DNA of 17,200 bases from Fibrobacterota bacterium (GTDB lineage: Bacteria; Fibrobacterota; Fibrobacteria; UBA11236). Of this stretch, positions 1-7,267 are shown in pieces (position 1 is the first letter of the stretch; every line of letters begins with the position of its first letter). The DNA is taken from assembly GCA_043753995.1 (NCBI GenBank), contig JAYUVP010000140.1, positions 1 through 17,200 of the forward strand, written 5' to 3'. Below the pieces are notes generated by a model, which was given only the letters and a program-made list of their open reading frames with translations, did no database searches and was not told the origin of the DNA. The position numbers and the translations under genes are program-made.

Positions 1-916
1 CGAGGTCGGCGATGAATAAAGTCATGCCCAAAGCGCCGATGGGAACGAGGCCCAATTCAATGTCGCCACGCGACAGCTTGGCGCAAAGCACCGAGCCAAT
101 GCCGACCGAAACCGAAAATACGGCCAAGAGCAAGGTGACCACGCCTTCATTGGCTTGCAACATATGGCGCGTGAAATTCGGCAATTGAGCTAAAACCGTG
201 GCCCCGAAAAACCAAAACCAGCTTATGCCCAAAACCGAATTAAAGACTGCTGGCTTTTGAGCGATGATGCGCGTCAAGGCCACGCTTTGGGTAAAGGGAT
301 TCCATTTCAACTTCAAATTGGGGACCACGGCAGGTGCTGCGGGAATGCGCAAGGAAGTCAAATAACCGACAATGGCGACACCTACGATGCCAGCCGAAAT
401 GACTCCCATATTGCGGCTTCCGGCTAAAAAGCCCCCGGCCAGAGTCCCAATTAAAATGGCTAAGAAAGTGCCCATTTCCACCAGGGCATTTCCCGTCATC
501 ACCTCATCTTCTTTCAGGTGCTGCGGCAAAATGCTGTATTTCGCTGGCCCGAAAAAGGCGGAATGCACCCCCATTAAGAATAGGGTGATGAAAAGCAAGA
601 CATTGTGTCCGGTAAAAAAACCCACTGAACCCAGGGCCATAATGCCGATTTCAGCGGCCTTGATGGTCCGCATGATTTTCGCCTTGTCGAATTTATCGGC
701 TATTTGGCCGGCCACCGCCGAGAACAAGAAAAAGGGCAAGATGAAAAGCCCCGCCGCCAAATTGGTCACTAGCCCCGATTCCGCCTCGCTGGTCGCCTGA
801 AAGGCGAATAAAATCACCAGGGTATTTTTGAACAGGTTGTCGTTCAATGCTCCCAGAAATTGAACCCCGAAAAAGGGTCCGAAACGTTTCTGGGCTAATA
901 AACGAATCATGGTCAT
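1..916 (-). CDS. MFS transporter, LplT/Aas (lysophospholipid transporter)-like; partial, runs off the left edge
   Basis: Absent from the ORF track. Manual translation from ATG 916 (alternative 910) gives MTMIRLLAQKRFGPFFGVQFLGALNDNLFKN...LFILPFFLFSAVAGQIADKFDK...FGPAKYSILPQHL...GNALVEMGTFLAIL, motifs typical of this family. An AAGGA RBS lies just upstream. Confidence 0.85.
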   Translation of the reverse strand, partial: MTMIRLLAQKRFGPFFGVQFLGALNDNLFKNTLVILFAFQATSEAESGLVTNLAAGLFILPFFLFSAVAGQIADKFDKAKIMRTIKAAEIGIMALGSVGFFTGHNVLLFITLFLMGVHSAFFGPAKYSILPQHLKEDEVMTGNALVEMGTFLAILIGTLAGGFLAGSRNMGVISAGIVGVAIVGYLTSLRIPAAPAVVPNLKLKWNPFTQSVALTRIIAQKPAVFNSVLGISWFWFFGATVLAQLPNFTRHMLQANEGVVTLLLAVFSVSVGIGSVLCAKLSRGDIELGLVPIGALGMTLFIADL

Positions 917-1041
917 GGCTTTTCCTTTTTGCTTTGCAGCTTGCTATTCACCGTTACACCCTCATGAGACGCGCGGCCAGGTCTTCTCAGTAACAGTAAG
1001 GTAGGCTCCATCCCTTCCCACGATAGGCGAAAATAGGCAAC

Positions 1042-1070
1042 AAAAAACCCACCCCATTTATTGAGGTGGG
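1042..1070 (-). terminator. Intrinsic terminator downstream of slyD
   Basis: The minus strand reads CCCACCTCA-ATAAA-TGGGGTGGG followed by a T run, about 70 nt after the slyD stop. Confidence 0.75.
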
Positions 1071-1140
1071 CTCATTTCGGGCCGGCCGCAAGTTAGGCAC
1101 AAGCGGCCGCTATAATCCCCCGCTGAGTCGACTAATCCCC

Positions 1141-1626
1141 TTAGTGGTGATGTCCACCTTCACCGTGGGCATGGCCATGCTCGATTTCGTCCTTGGTAGC
1201 CACGCGAATCGAGGTGATGCTTACCTTGAAATGCAAATCCTGGCCCGCCAGGGGATGATTGCCGTCGAGGGTCACTTCCCCATCGGTCATTTCGGTAATG
1301 GTCATGACCTGGTCTTCGCCGTCTTCGTCTTCGACCACGATTTCCATGCCCTCTTCCAAAGGCTCCATGTCCTTGAATTCGCTACGGGGAACTTTCTGAA
1401 TCAGTTCATCGTCGAATTCGCCATAACCTTCAGCGGCCACGACCTTGACCTCGACCTTGTCGCCTTGGCTGTGTCCGTCCAGGGCCTTTTCAAGTCCGCT
1501 AACGATTTGGCCCAAACCCTGAATGTAGAGCAGAGGGTCGGCACCTTCATTGGTGTCGAGCACTTCGCCCTTTCCATCCTTCAGGGTATACTCAATACCA
1601 ACGACGTGATTATCTGCAACTTTCAT
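1141..1626 (-). CDS. slyD: FKBP-type peptidyl-prolyl cis-trans isomerase SlyD
   Basis: MKVADNHVVGIEYTL...GLEKAL...EGYGE...VTLDGNHPLAGQDLHF with a His-rich tail HGHAHGEGGHHH. GGAGGT RBS precedes ATG 1626. Confidence 0.93.
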   Translation of the reverse strand: MKVADNHVVGIEYTLKDGKGEVLDTNEGADPLLYIQGLGQIVSGLEKALDGHSQGDKVEVKVVAAEGYGEFDDELIQKVPRSEFKDMEPLEEGMEIVVEDEDGEDQVMTITEMTDGEVTLDGNHPLAGQDLHFKVSITSIRVATKDEIEHGHAHGEGGHHH

Positions 1627-1913
1627 GGGAACCTCCAAAACCAGGGTGGGACGGTGCCTTAAATATGGGCACTTTCGAACGGGCGACAAAGTAGGAAAGG
1701 AGGAAGTGAAAAACCGCACTTCTCCTCAGGGTCTCAGCAGCAAATCAGCTTGTCGCTGCCTGGGTTGATTTGGCGGTTGCCGAGCAAGGGACCAGGACCT
1801 ATGCATTTCGGGGAGCAGGCAATACTCCTTGGATTTTCGGCAAAGTCGGTGCAGGGTCGGGCCCATCACCCTAGCCCGGTATTCCTTGCCTTTTATTCTT
1901 CCATAACCCTCGA

Positions 1914-1929
1914 GGTTTCACGTGAAACA
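1914..1929. promoter_or_regulatory. parS centromere-like site (1 mismatch)
   Basis: GGTTTCACGTGAAACA against the consensus TGTTTCACGTGAAACA; upstream of rsmG-parAB. Confidence 0.9.
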
Positions 1930-1982
1930 TTGGGGGCTTTTCGAAGTGGCCGGGACTACAGGGGTTAGGATATTAGGCTCAG

Positions 1983-1998
1983 TGTTTCACGTGAAACA
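1983..1998. promoter_or_regulatory. parS centromere-like site (perfect palindrome)
   Basis: Exact TGTTTCACGTGAAACA. Confidence 0.95.
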
Positions 1999-2261
1999 AT
2001 TTGAGCGCAGCTGCAAAATCCGACATTTAAAAGGAAGAGTAAGCGACGAGGAAAAAATCCAGGCGGCTGCATTCCCACCGAATGGAAATGTTATTTGCGC
2101 CAGAGCCATAAGCTGTACCAGAACAAAAGGTCAGCTTCGTCCCCAGTCCTATAAGAATTACGGTTTTTAGAGGCGGCCCGAAACCGACCTCGATAAGGGT
2201 CGCTCGAACTTTAAAGAGAAAACTGGCCCCCCCTTGCCAGGGTAGGTATTTTTTAGGGCCT

Positions 2262-2861
2262 ATGTCCAACTTGCTACTCGATCCCAATTCGCTGCCAGAG
2301 AAATCTCAAGAAAAACTTCGGGCAGTCGAGGAGCTGTATACCAAGTGGAATAAAAGCATCAACCTGGTCAGTGAGCAGGATAAAGACAAGATTTGGCTTC
2401 GCCATATTGTCGACTCCTTGCAGTCCATTCCCCTACTCCATGACGTGCATAAGCTGGCCGACATGGGCAGCGGCGTCGGCTTTCCTGCCGTACCCATTGC
2501 CATAGCTCGTCCCGAAATCGATGTCTTCGCTATCGAGCCCATTCAAAAGAAATGCGCTTTGATTCAAGAAATCATTCGCGAAGTGCGCCTACCCAATTTG
2601 CATGTGCAAAATGACCGCACCGAAAAAGTCTATCTCTCGCATATGGACGTGGTGATTTGCCGAGCCTTCGGCGAATTCCATCGCGACGCCAAGCTGGCTT
2701 ATAAAATGCTGAAGCCGGGCGGCATGTTCATGACGCATAAGGCCGCACCTGAACCCGAACCTCCCGAAGGTTATGAGCGCCATGAAAACCATGCATATCA
2801 ATTACCCGGTCATCCCAAGCGCTTCTACATAGTCATTGCCCACAAGGCTGGTGAGATGTGA
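2262..2861 (+). CDS. rsmG: 16S rRNA m7G527 methyltransferase RsmG (GidB)
   Basis: KWNKSINLVS, RHIVDSL, DMGSGVGFP SAM motif and CRAF; directly upstream of parA. Confidence 0.93.
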   Translation: MSNLLLDPNSLPEKSQEKLRAVEELYTKWNKSINLVSEQDKDKIWLRHIVDSLQSIPLLHDVHKLADMGSGVGFPAVPIAIARPEIDVFAIEPIQKKCALIQEIIREVRLPNLHVQNDRTEKVYLSHMDVVICRAFGEFHRDAKLAYKMLKPGGMFMTHKAAPEPEPPEGYERHENHAYQLPGHPKRFYIVIAHKAGEM

Positions 2862-3655
2862 CTCGCATCATAGCTGCCTGCAATCAAAAAGGTGGCGTCG
2901 GAAAAACCACCACCTGCGTGAACACGGCGGCGGCCATGGCTGCGCTGGAGCAAAGAGTGCTGCTGGTCGACATGGACCCGCAAGCCAATAGCACCCAGGG
3001 CATGGGCCTGGATCAAGTCGAGCGCGAACACGATCTTTATGACGCCTTGGTTTGGGCCGAAGACGAAATAAGCCGCGAACAAATTCAGCCCTTGGTCGAA
3101 AAGACCTGCATGAATTTTCTCGACATGCTCCCCTGCTCGCGCGCACTCTCGGGACTCGAAATCGAATTGGTGAATGGCAAGAATCGCGAACGCCGCTTGC
3201 AACGCGTGCTCGCTCCCCTGGCCGGAAGCTACGACTATATCTTCATCGACTCGCCACCCAGCTTGTCCATGCTGACCTTGAATGTGCTCACCGCCGCCAA
3301 CTCGGTGCTCATCCCCATTCAATGCGAATACTATGCGCTCCAGGGCTTGGCCGAATTGCTGAACACCATTCGCTTGGTACAGCAAAGCTTCAATCCGAAT
3401 CTTTCGATTGAAGGCGCCTTGCTCACCATGTTCGACAGCCGCCTCAATCTCAGCAAGCAAGTGGTGGAAGACGTGCAAAACACCTTCTCCGAAAAGGTGT
3501 TCAAGACCATCATTCCCCGCAGCGTCAAACTCTCTGAAGCCCCCAGCTTCGGCAAGCCCATCATTCTCTACGACGTCCTCTCCCAAGGCGCCATGCGCTA
3601 TATGGAATTGGCCAAGGAAATCCTAGCCCACAATACCGCCCCCGCCGCGCCATGA
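2858..3655 (+). CDS. parA: Chromosome partitioning ATPase ParA/Soj
   Basis: Deviant Walker A NQKGGVGKTT, DMDPQAN, IDSPPSL, QCEYYALQGL and LSEAPSFGKP. GTG start overlaps the rsmG stop. Confidence 0.96.
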   Translation: MTRIIAACNQKGGVGKTTTCVNTAAAMAALEQRVLLVDMDPQANSTQGMGLDQVEREHDLYDALVWAEDEISREQIQPLVEKTCMNFLDMLPCSRALSGLEIELVNGKNRERRLQRVLAPLAGSYDYIFIDSPPSLSMLTLNVLTAANSVLIPIQCEYYALQGLAELLNTIRLVQQSFNPNLSIEGALLTMFDSRLNLSKQVVEDVQNTFSEKVFKTIIPRSVKLSEAPSFGKPIILYDVLSQGAMRYMELAKEILAHNTAPAAP

Positions 3656-4332
3656 TCGCCAACCGTAACACTCAGGTTACCCTACTGGCCCACACCCAGG
3701 GCAATTCCCCGGCCTCCCTGCAAGATCGCTCCGTAGGGTTAAGCCCCGAAGCCCCGCGGTCGCAAAGCGACATCGCGCATGGCCTACCCCGAAGCATTAC
3801 CCTGCGCCCCCTGTTCGTCCGCTCCGCAGCAATGCCCTGCCATCACCGCAAGTCCAACCCACAGGGAAAAGCCCCGAAGCCCCGCGGTCGCGAAGCGGCA
3901 TCGCGCATAACCAACGCCGAAGCAATACCCTGCCATCACCTGCAAGGCTGGCCTCAAAGCAATTCCCTGACTCCCCGGTTTGATCTCTCCGTCGCCGCTC
4001 CCCTAAGCAATGCCCTGCGCTCCCTGCACGCCCAGCCCCAGGGCAATTCCCTGCGCTCCCTGTTTGATCGCTCCGCCGCCACTCCCTGGAGCATTGCCCA
4101 GGCTCCCCTGCTAGACCGGCCCCAGGGAAATACCCCGCGGATAAAGGCCTTTCGAAGCGGCGCCGCGCCGGGATTCACTGCGGCCTCAGCTACAGGCCGA
4201 GCCCAATTCACCCCGGCCGCGAGTTCCCTGCGTGGAACGCAGGGGTGTCTGAGCGCCCGCGGTGAATTGGGCTCGGCCCTATGCCAACCCGCAGGGAACC
4301 CCAAACAAGCCCGCCTCGAGGCCCACCCGTGA
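3652..4332 (+). CDS. Hypothetical low-complexity repeat ORF (226 aa) between parA and parB; coding status uncertain
   Basis: ATGA overlap with the parA stop and GTGA overlap with a candidate parB start. Rich in P/A/S/R with no recognisable domain. Some of its DNA repeats are out of frame with each other. Confidence 0.3.
   Translation: MIANRNTQVTLLAHTQGNSPASLQDRSVGLSPEAPRSQSDIAHGLPRSITLRPLFVRSAAMPCHHRKSNPQGKAPKPRGREAASRITNAEAIPCHHLQGWPQSNSLTPRFDLSVAAPLSNALRSLHAQPQGNSLRSLFDRSAATPWSIAQAPLLDRPQGNTPRIKAFRSGAAPGFTAASATGRAQFTPAASSLRGTQGCLSARGELGSALCQPAGNPKQARLEAHP
3701..4136. repeat. Degenerate nested tandem repeat array (2 x 128 bp, then 2 x 84 bp) built on a GCA(A/T)TNCCC core
   Basis: Core at 3701, 3794, 3829, 3922, 3959, 4007, 4043 and 4091, with weaker variants at 3738, 3866 and 4127. 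3701-3828 aligns with 3829-3956, and 3959-4042 aligns with 4043-4126. Confidence 0.85.
4195..4278. repeat. Perfect 18-bp inverted repeat enclosing an inner hairpin
   Basis: GGCCGAGCCCAATTCACC (4195-4212) pairs with GGTGAATTGGGCTCGGCC (4261-4278). Inner hairpin CCCTGCGT-GGA-ACGCAGGG at 4226-4244. Confidence 0.9.
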
Positions 4333-4334
4333 AT

Positions 4335-5192
4335 ATGCCCCGCAAAGCCCTCGGCAAAGGGCTCGAAGCCATATTCGCGAATATCGGCAATGAAGTCGTG
4401 AATGCCAAAACCGGCAGCGATTTGCATGAAGTCGAAATCGCCCGCATCGAGGCCAATCCTTTTCAGCCGCGCCGCGAATTCGGCGAAGGCGAAATCGAAG
4501 AGCTGGCCCAGAGCATCGCCGAAAAGGGTTTGCTCCAGCCCGTCCTGCTTCGCAAGCATGGCGGTGGCTATCAGCTCATCGCTGGAGAGCGCCGCTTCCG
4601 CGCTTTTCAAAAGCTGGGGAAAACCCAAATTCCCGCCCAGGTTCGCGATCATGTCAGCGATCGCGACATGGCCGAATTGGCCCTCATCGAAAACATTCAG
4701 CGCGTGCAGCTCGGGCCCATCGAAGAAGCCTTGGCCTACGATCGCCTCGCGGGAGAAATGGGATCGACCCATGACGAAATCGCCCGCAAGGTTGGCAAAA
4801 GCCGCGCCGCAATTTCGAATTCCATGCGCCTGCTCAAGCTCGAAGCCGAAGTGCAACAGCTCTTGCAGCAAGGCAAACTCACGGCCGGACATGGACGCGC
4901 CTTAGTAGGCATGGAGGCCAAGGCGCAAATCGCCATGGCCCGCAAAATCGCCGAAGAAGGCCTCAATGTGCGCAAGGCCGAAGCGGGCAAAAAACCTGCG
5001 CCGGTCAAAAAAGAAGATCCCAATGCCCGCGCCCTGCTGGACCGCCTGCGCCTTGCTTTGGGAACCCAAGTGCTCGTCAAGGGCAAGGCCACCAAAGGCG
5101 TCATTGAGGTGCAATTTCTGAGCCGCGAGGATTTGAGCCGTCTCGTGCGAATCTTCGAAGCCGGAGCCGAAAGGGTGAGCAGCGAGGGATAA
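4335..5192 (+). CDS. parB: Chromosome partitioning protein ParB/Spo0J (start ATG 4335 or GTG 4329)
   Basis: N-terminal RKALGKGLEAIF peptide, NPFQPR, LIAGERRFRA CTP-binding motif, ENIQR, and HTH THDEIARKVGKSRAAISNSMRL. Confidence 0.96.
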   Translation: MPRKALGKGLEAIFANIGNEVVNAKTGSDLHEVEIARIEANPFQPRREFGEGEIEELAQSIAEKGLLQPVLLRKHGGGYQLIAGERRFRAFQKLGKTQIPAQVRDHVSDRDMAELALIENIQRVQLGPIEEALAYDRLAGEMGSTHDEIARKVGKSRAAISNSMRLLKLEAEVQQLLQQGKLTAGHGRALVGMEAKAQIAMARKIAEEGLNVRKAEAGKKPAPVKKEDPNARALLDRLRLALGTQVLVKGKATKGVIEVQFLSREDLSRLVRIFEAGAERVSSEG

Positions 5193-5210
5193 TTCCCCCG
5201 TCTGTCGGCC

Positions 5211-6020
5211 ATGGCGAAAAAGCGTTATGTCACTTTGCAAATCATTCCCGACGACTCGACCGAGACGTGGACTTTTCGCCTGCGTTATTTGTTTTTCGAA
5301 TTCCTGTTTTATGCCGGCGTGATAGCCCTGCTCGCCTTGGCCATCGCCTCGGTGCGCATTACCCAAATCAATGCCAAGCTGCTCACCGCCAATCATTTGG
5401 CCGTGGCCAACAAAGACCTCATAGAGCGGCAAAAGAAAATGGAATTGCTTGAAAAAGAGCTTTCCCAAATCGCCCAACGCGAAAAGGCTATACGCAGTCT
5501 CTTGCAGGCCTTCGCCGCCGAGGACACCCTCGTATCGCAAGAACCCTCACGGGTCTCCGTCATTCCTGACCTCGGCAAATACCTCGCCAAGGTGCGTGAT
5601 TTGGAAAGGCAAATGCGCGGTAAAAGCCCGGTAGGCCGGCGCGACCATGTGCCTGACATTTGGCCGGTGGCCGGCATAGTCAGCCGAGGTTTTAATCCCA
5701 GCCCCCAGCCCGAGCTCAATCATGAAGCCCTCGACATCGTGGCCGCTGAAAAAGCCTTGGTGGTGGCCAGCGCCAAGGGCATAGTCATCGCCAGTGAGCT
5801 GGACGCTGACCTGGGCCGCATCGTTCGCATTGATCATGACTTCGGCATTGAAACCGTTTACGGGCATCTCGACCAAAGTCTGGTGCAAGTGGGGGATCAT
5901 CTTGACAAGGGCACCGTCCTGGGACTGGTCGGCAATACCGGCAATAGCGTCGGACCGCATTTGCACTATGAGATTATCTTCAAAGGGCAGCCGGTGAATC
6001 CCATGAAATACCTAAGATGA
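5211..6020 (+). CDS. Membrane-anchored M23 family metallopeptidase
   Basis: N-terminal TM segment, coiled-coil-like stretch, HEALD (HxxxD), YGHL and GNTGNSVGPHLHYEI (HxH). Confidence 0.92.
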   Translation: MAKKRYVTLQIIPDDSTETWTFRLRYLFFEFLFYAGVIALLALAIASVRITQINAKLLTANHLAVANKDLIERQKKMELLEKELSQIAQREKAIRSLLQAFAAEDTLVSQEPSRVSVIPDLGKYLAKVRDLERQMRGKSPVGRRDHVPDIWPVAGIVSRGFNPSPQPELNHEALDIVAAEKALVVASAKGIVIASELDADLGRIVRIDHDFGIETVYGHLDQSLVQVGDHLDKGTVLGLVGNTGNSVGPHLHYEIIFKGQPVNPMKYLR

Positions 6021-6442
6021 AAATCATGGGTTGGGGAAAGCCAAAAACAATTCCGGTTGCAAACACCTTACTCGTCGTCAGCGAGGCTTTCATGTCGAAG
6101 ACCACCACCGCCAGCATGACCTTCATCAGCGACGGCGCCAAGATTCAAGGCGATGTCGCCGTCGATCACGATTTGCGCGTCGAAGGCCATGTGAAAGGCA
6201 TATTGCAAGTGGGCGGGACTTTGGTGCTCGGCCCCACCGGACGCATCGAAGGCGATGTCACCGTGCGCTCGGCCACCTTGGCGGGCCAATTGACCGGCAA
6301 TATCAAGGCCTCTGAGAAAATCGTGATGGAAACCAAGTCGGTGCTCATGGGCGATTTGGAAACGCGCGAACTGGTTATCAACGAAGGCGCGATCTTTCAA
6401 GGCAAGAGCATCATGCGCGTCGAAGGCCGCAATCCCGCCTAG
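6017..6442 (+). CDS. Bactofilin (polymer-forming cytoskeletal protein); start 6017, 6026 or 6092
   Basis: Beta-helix pattern TFISDGAKIQGDV...LRVEGHVKG...IEGDV...LTGNI...LVINEGAIFQG. Confidence 0.92.
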   Translation: MKIMGWGKPKTIPVANTLLVVSEAFMSKTTTASMTFISDGAKIQGDVAVDHDLRVEGHVKGILQVGGTLVLGPTGRIEGDVTVRSATLAGQLTGNIKASEKIVMETKSVLMGDLETRELVINEGAIFQGKSIMRVEGRNPA

Positions 6443-6480
6443 GGCTCCGGAGCTCCCCGACCCCGAAGCGAGCACCGACC

Positions 6481-6702
6481 ATGAATTCCAATTCGTGGAT
6501 GAAACCACTTCAGTTGGGATGGATGATTGCTCTATGGTTGACCCTTGGCGTCGCCGGTGGACGCTGGCTTGATATTCGGTTCGGTCTAACCCCCTTTGGC
6601 ATTTTGGCAGGAACGATTTTGGCCTTTGCGGCTTGCACTTGGAGCGTGTATCGTCTAGTTAAATCCATGGATGACGAGACAACGCCGAAAAAACACCCAT
6701 AA
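6481..6702 (+). CDS. AtpZ/AtpI family small membrane protein (ATP synthase gene 1-like)
   Basis: Two TM helices with a GRWLDIRFGLTPFG (GxWLD) motif, at the head of the atp cluster. Confidence 0.8.
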   Translation: MNSNSWMKPLQLGWMIALWLTLGVAGGRWLDIRFGLTPFGILAGTILAFAACTWSVYRLVKSMDDETTPKKHP

Positions 6703-6728
6703 AAACCGCCCCAATGCAGTTTCAACCC

Positions 6729-6757
6729 TTTGGATCAAGGTGTTTGATTGCTAACCT
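6729..6757 (+). promoter_or_regulatory. Possible internal sigma70-type promoter for the atp genes
   Basis: Extended -10 TGcTAACCT (6749-6757) with a weak -35 (TTTGGA/TTGGAT) in the intergenic gap. Confidence 0.3.
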
Positions 6758-6794
6758 TCCGGCCCGTTAAAAGGGTTTACACCAAGGTTTCATT

Positions 6795-7256
6795 TTGCCT
6801 CCAGTTTCCCCGAATACTTTGACTGCCAAGGCAGGACGCGCCGCAATCGCCTCCTCTGCCGCTGAGCTGATTCAGTTCGTGCGCCTTGTGACGGTTGTCG
6901 GAGGAGGCTTAGCCCTGCTGGCCTTTACCGCCACTCAAGTTTTTGCATCGGCCTTTCCCCTGCTTCGCCTCGACATGGCCTTGATGGCCATCGGCCTCAT
7001 GGGATTGAATGCCGTTGCCGCCGTGGCCCCGCTTTATTGGTTCGCCAACCAAAACCCCATTCGCGTCTACATGACTTCCATGCTCCTGCGCATGGCGTCC
7101 GTCGGCGGCGTGACTCTGTCCTTGGTTTTGTCCAAGCAATTCGGAATGTCGGAGGCTTTCACCTTCGTCTTTTCTGCCATGATCGGTTTTGTTGCCTTCA
7201 CGGCAATCGAAATTCGTCACTTGATTCGCCACCAGTCCACTCTTCTCAACCGGTGA
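6795..7256 (+). CDS. Four-TM membrane protein, probable ATP synthase protein I
   Basis: Four hydrophobic segments and an MLLRM motif, immediately before atpB. TTG start uncertain. Confidence 0.65.
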   Translation: MPPVSPNTLTAKAGRAAIASSAAELIQFVRLVTVVGGGLALLAFTATQVFASAFPLLRLDMALMAIGLMGLNAVAAVAPLYWFANQNPIRVYMTSMLLRMASVGGVTLSLVLSKQFGMSEAFTFVFSAMIGFVAFTAIEIRHLIRHQSTLLNR

Positions 7257-7267
7257 AGCGCAGTCTC

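Noticed and set aside
1083..1116. CGGCCGC inverted repeat followed by TATAAT
   Set aside because: Short GC palindromes arise easily by chance, there is no convincing -35, and the promoter would only point antisense into slyD.
372..1662. Plus-strand ORFs 372-800 and 1066-1662
   Set aside because: Antisense shadows of the MFS gene and slyD.
1627..2261. oriC in the parS-containing intergenic region
   Set aside because: No TTATCCACA-type DnaA box cluster or AT-rich unwinding element was seen.
1750..2287. Short ORFs 1750-1968, 1922-2170 and 2027-2287
   Set aside because: No recognisable motifs or RBS, and they overlap the parS sites or the rsmG start.
3701..4136. CRISPR array interpretation of the repeats
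   Set aside because: The core is short and degenerate, the intervening segments resemble each other rather than being unique spacers, spacing is irregular, and no cas genes are present.
4195..4278. Intrinsic terminator call for the large inverted repeat
   Set aside because: No U-tract on either strand.
4281..4328. ORF-track ParB start at 4281 (likewise atpB at 7037 and slyD at 1719)
   Set aside because: Family N-termini, RBS positions or overlap with the upstream gene favour 4329/4335, 7268 and 1626.
3954..4892. Long minus-strand ORFs here and opposite the atp genes (e.g. 9643-10635, 12604-13344)
   Set aside because: Expected antisense frames of GC-rich, codon-biased genes, with no protein motifs.
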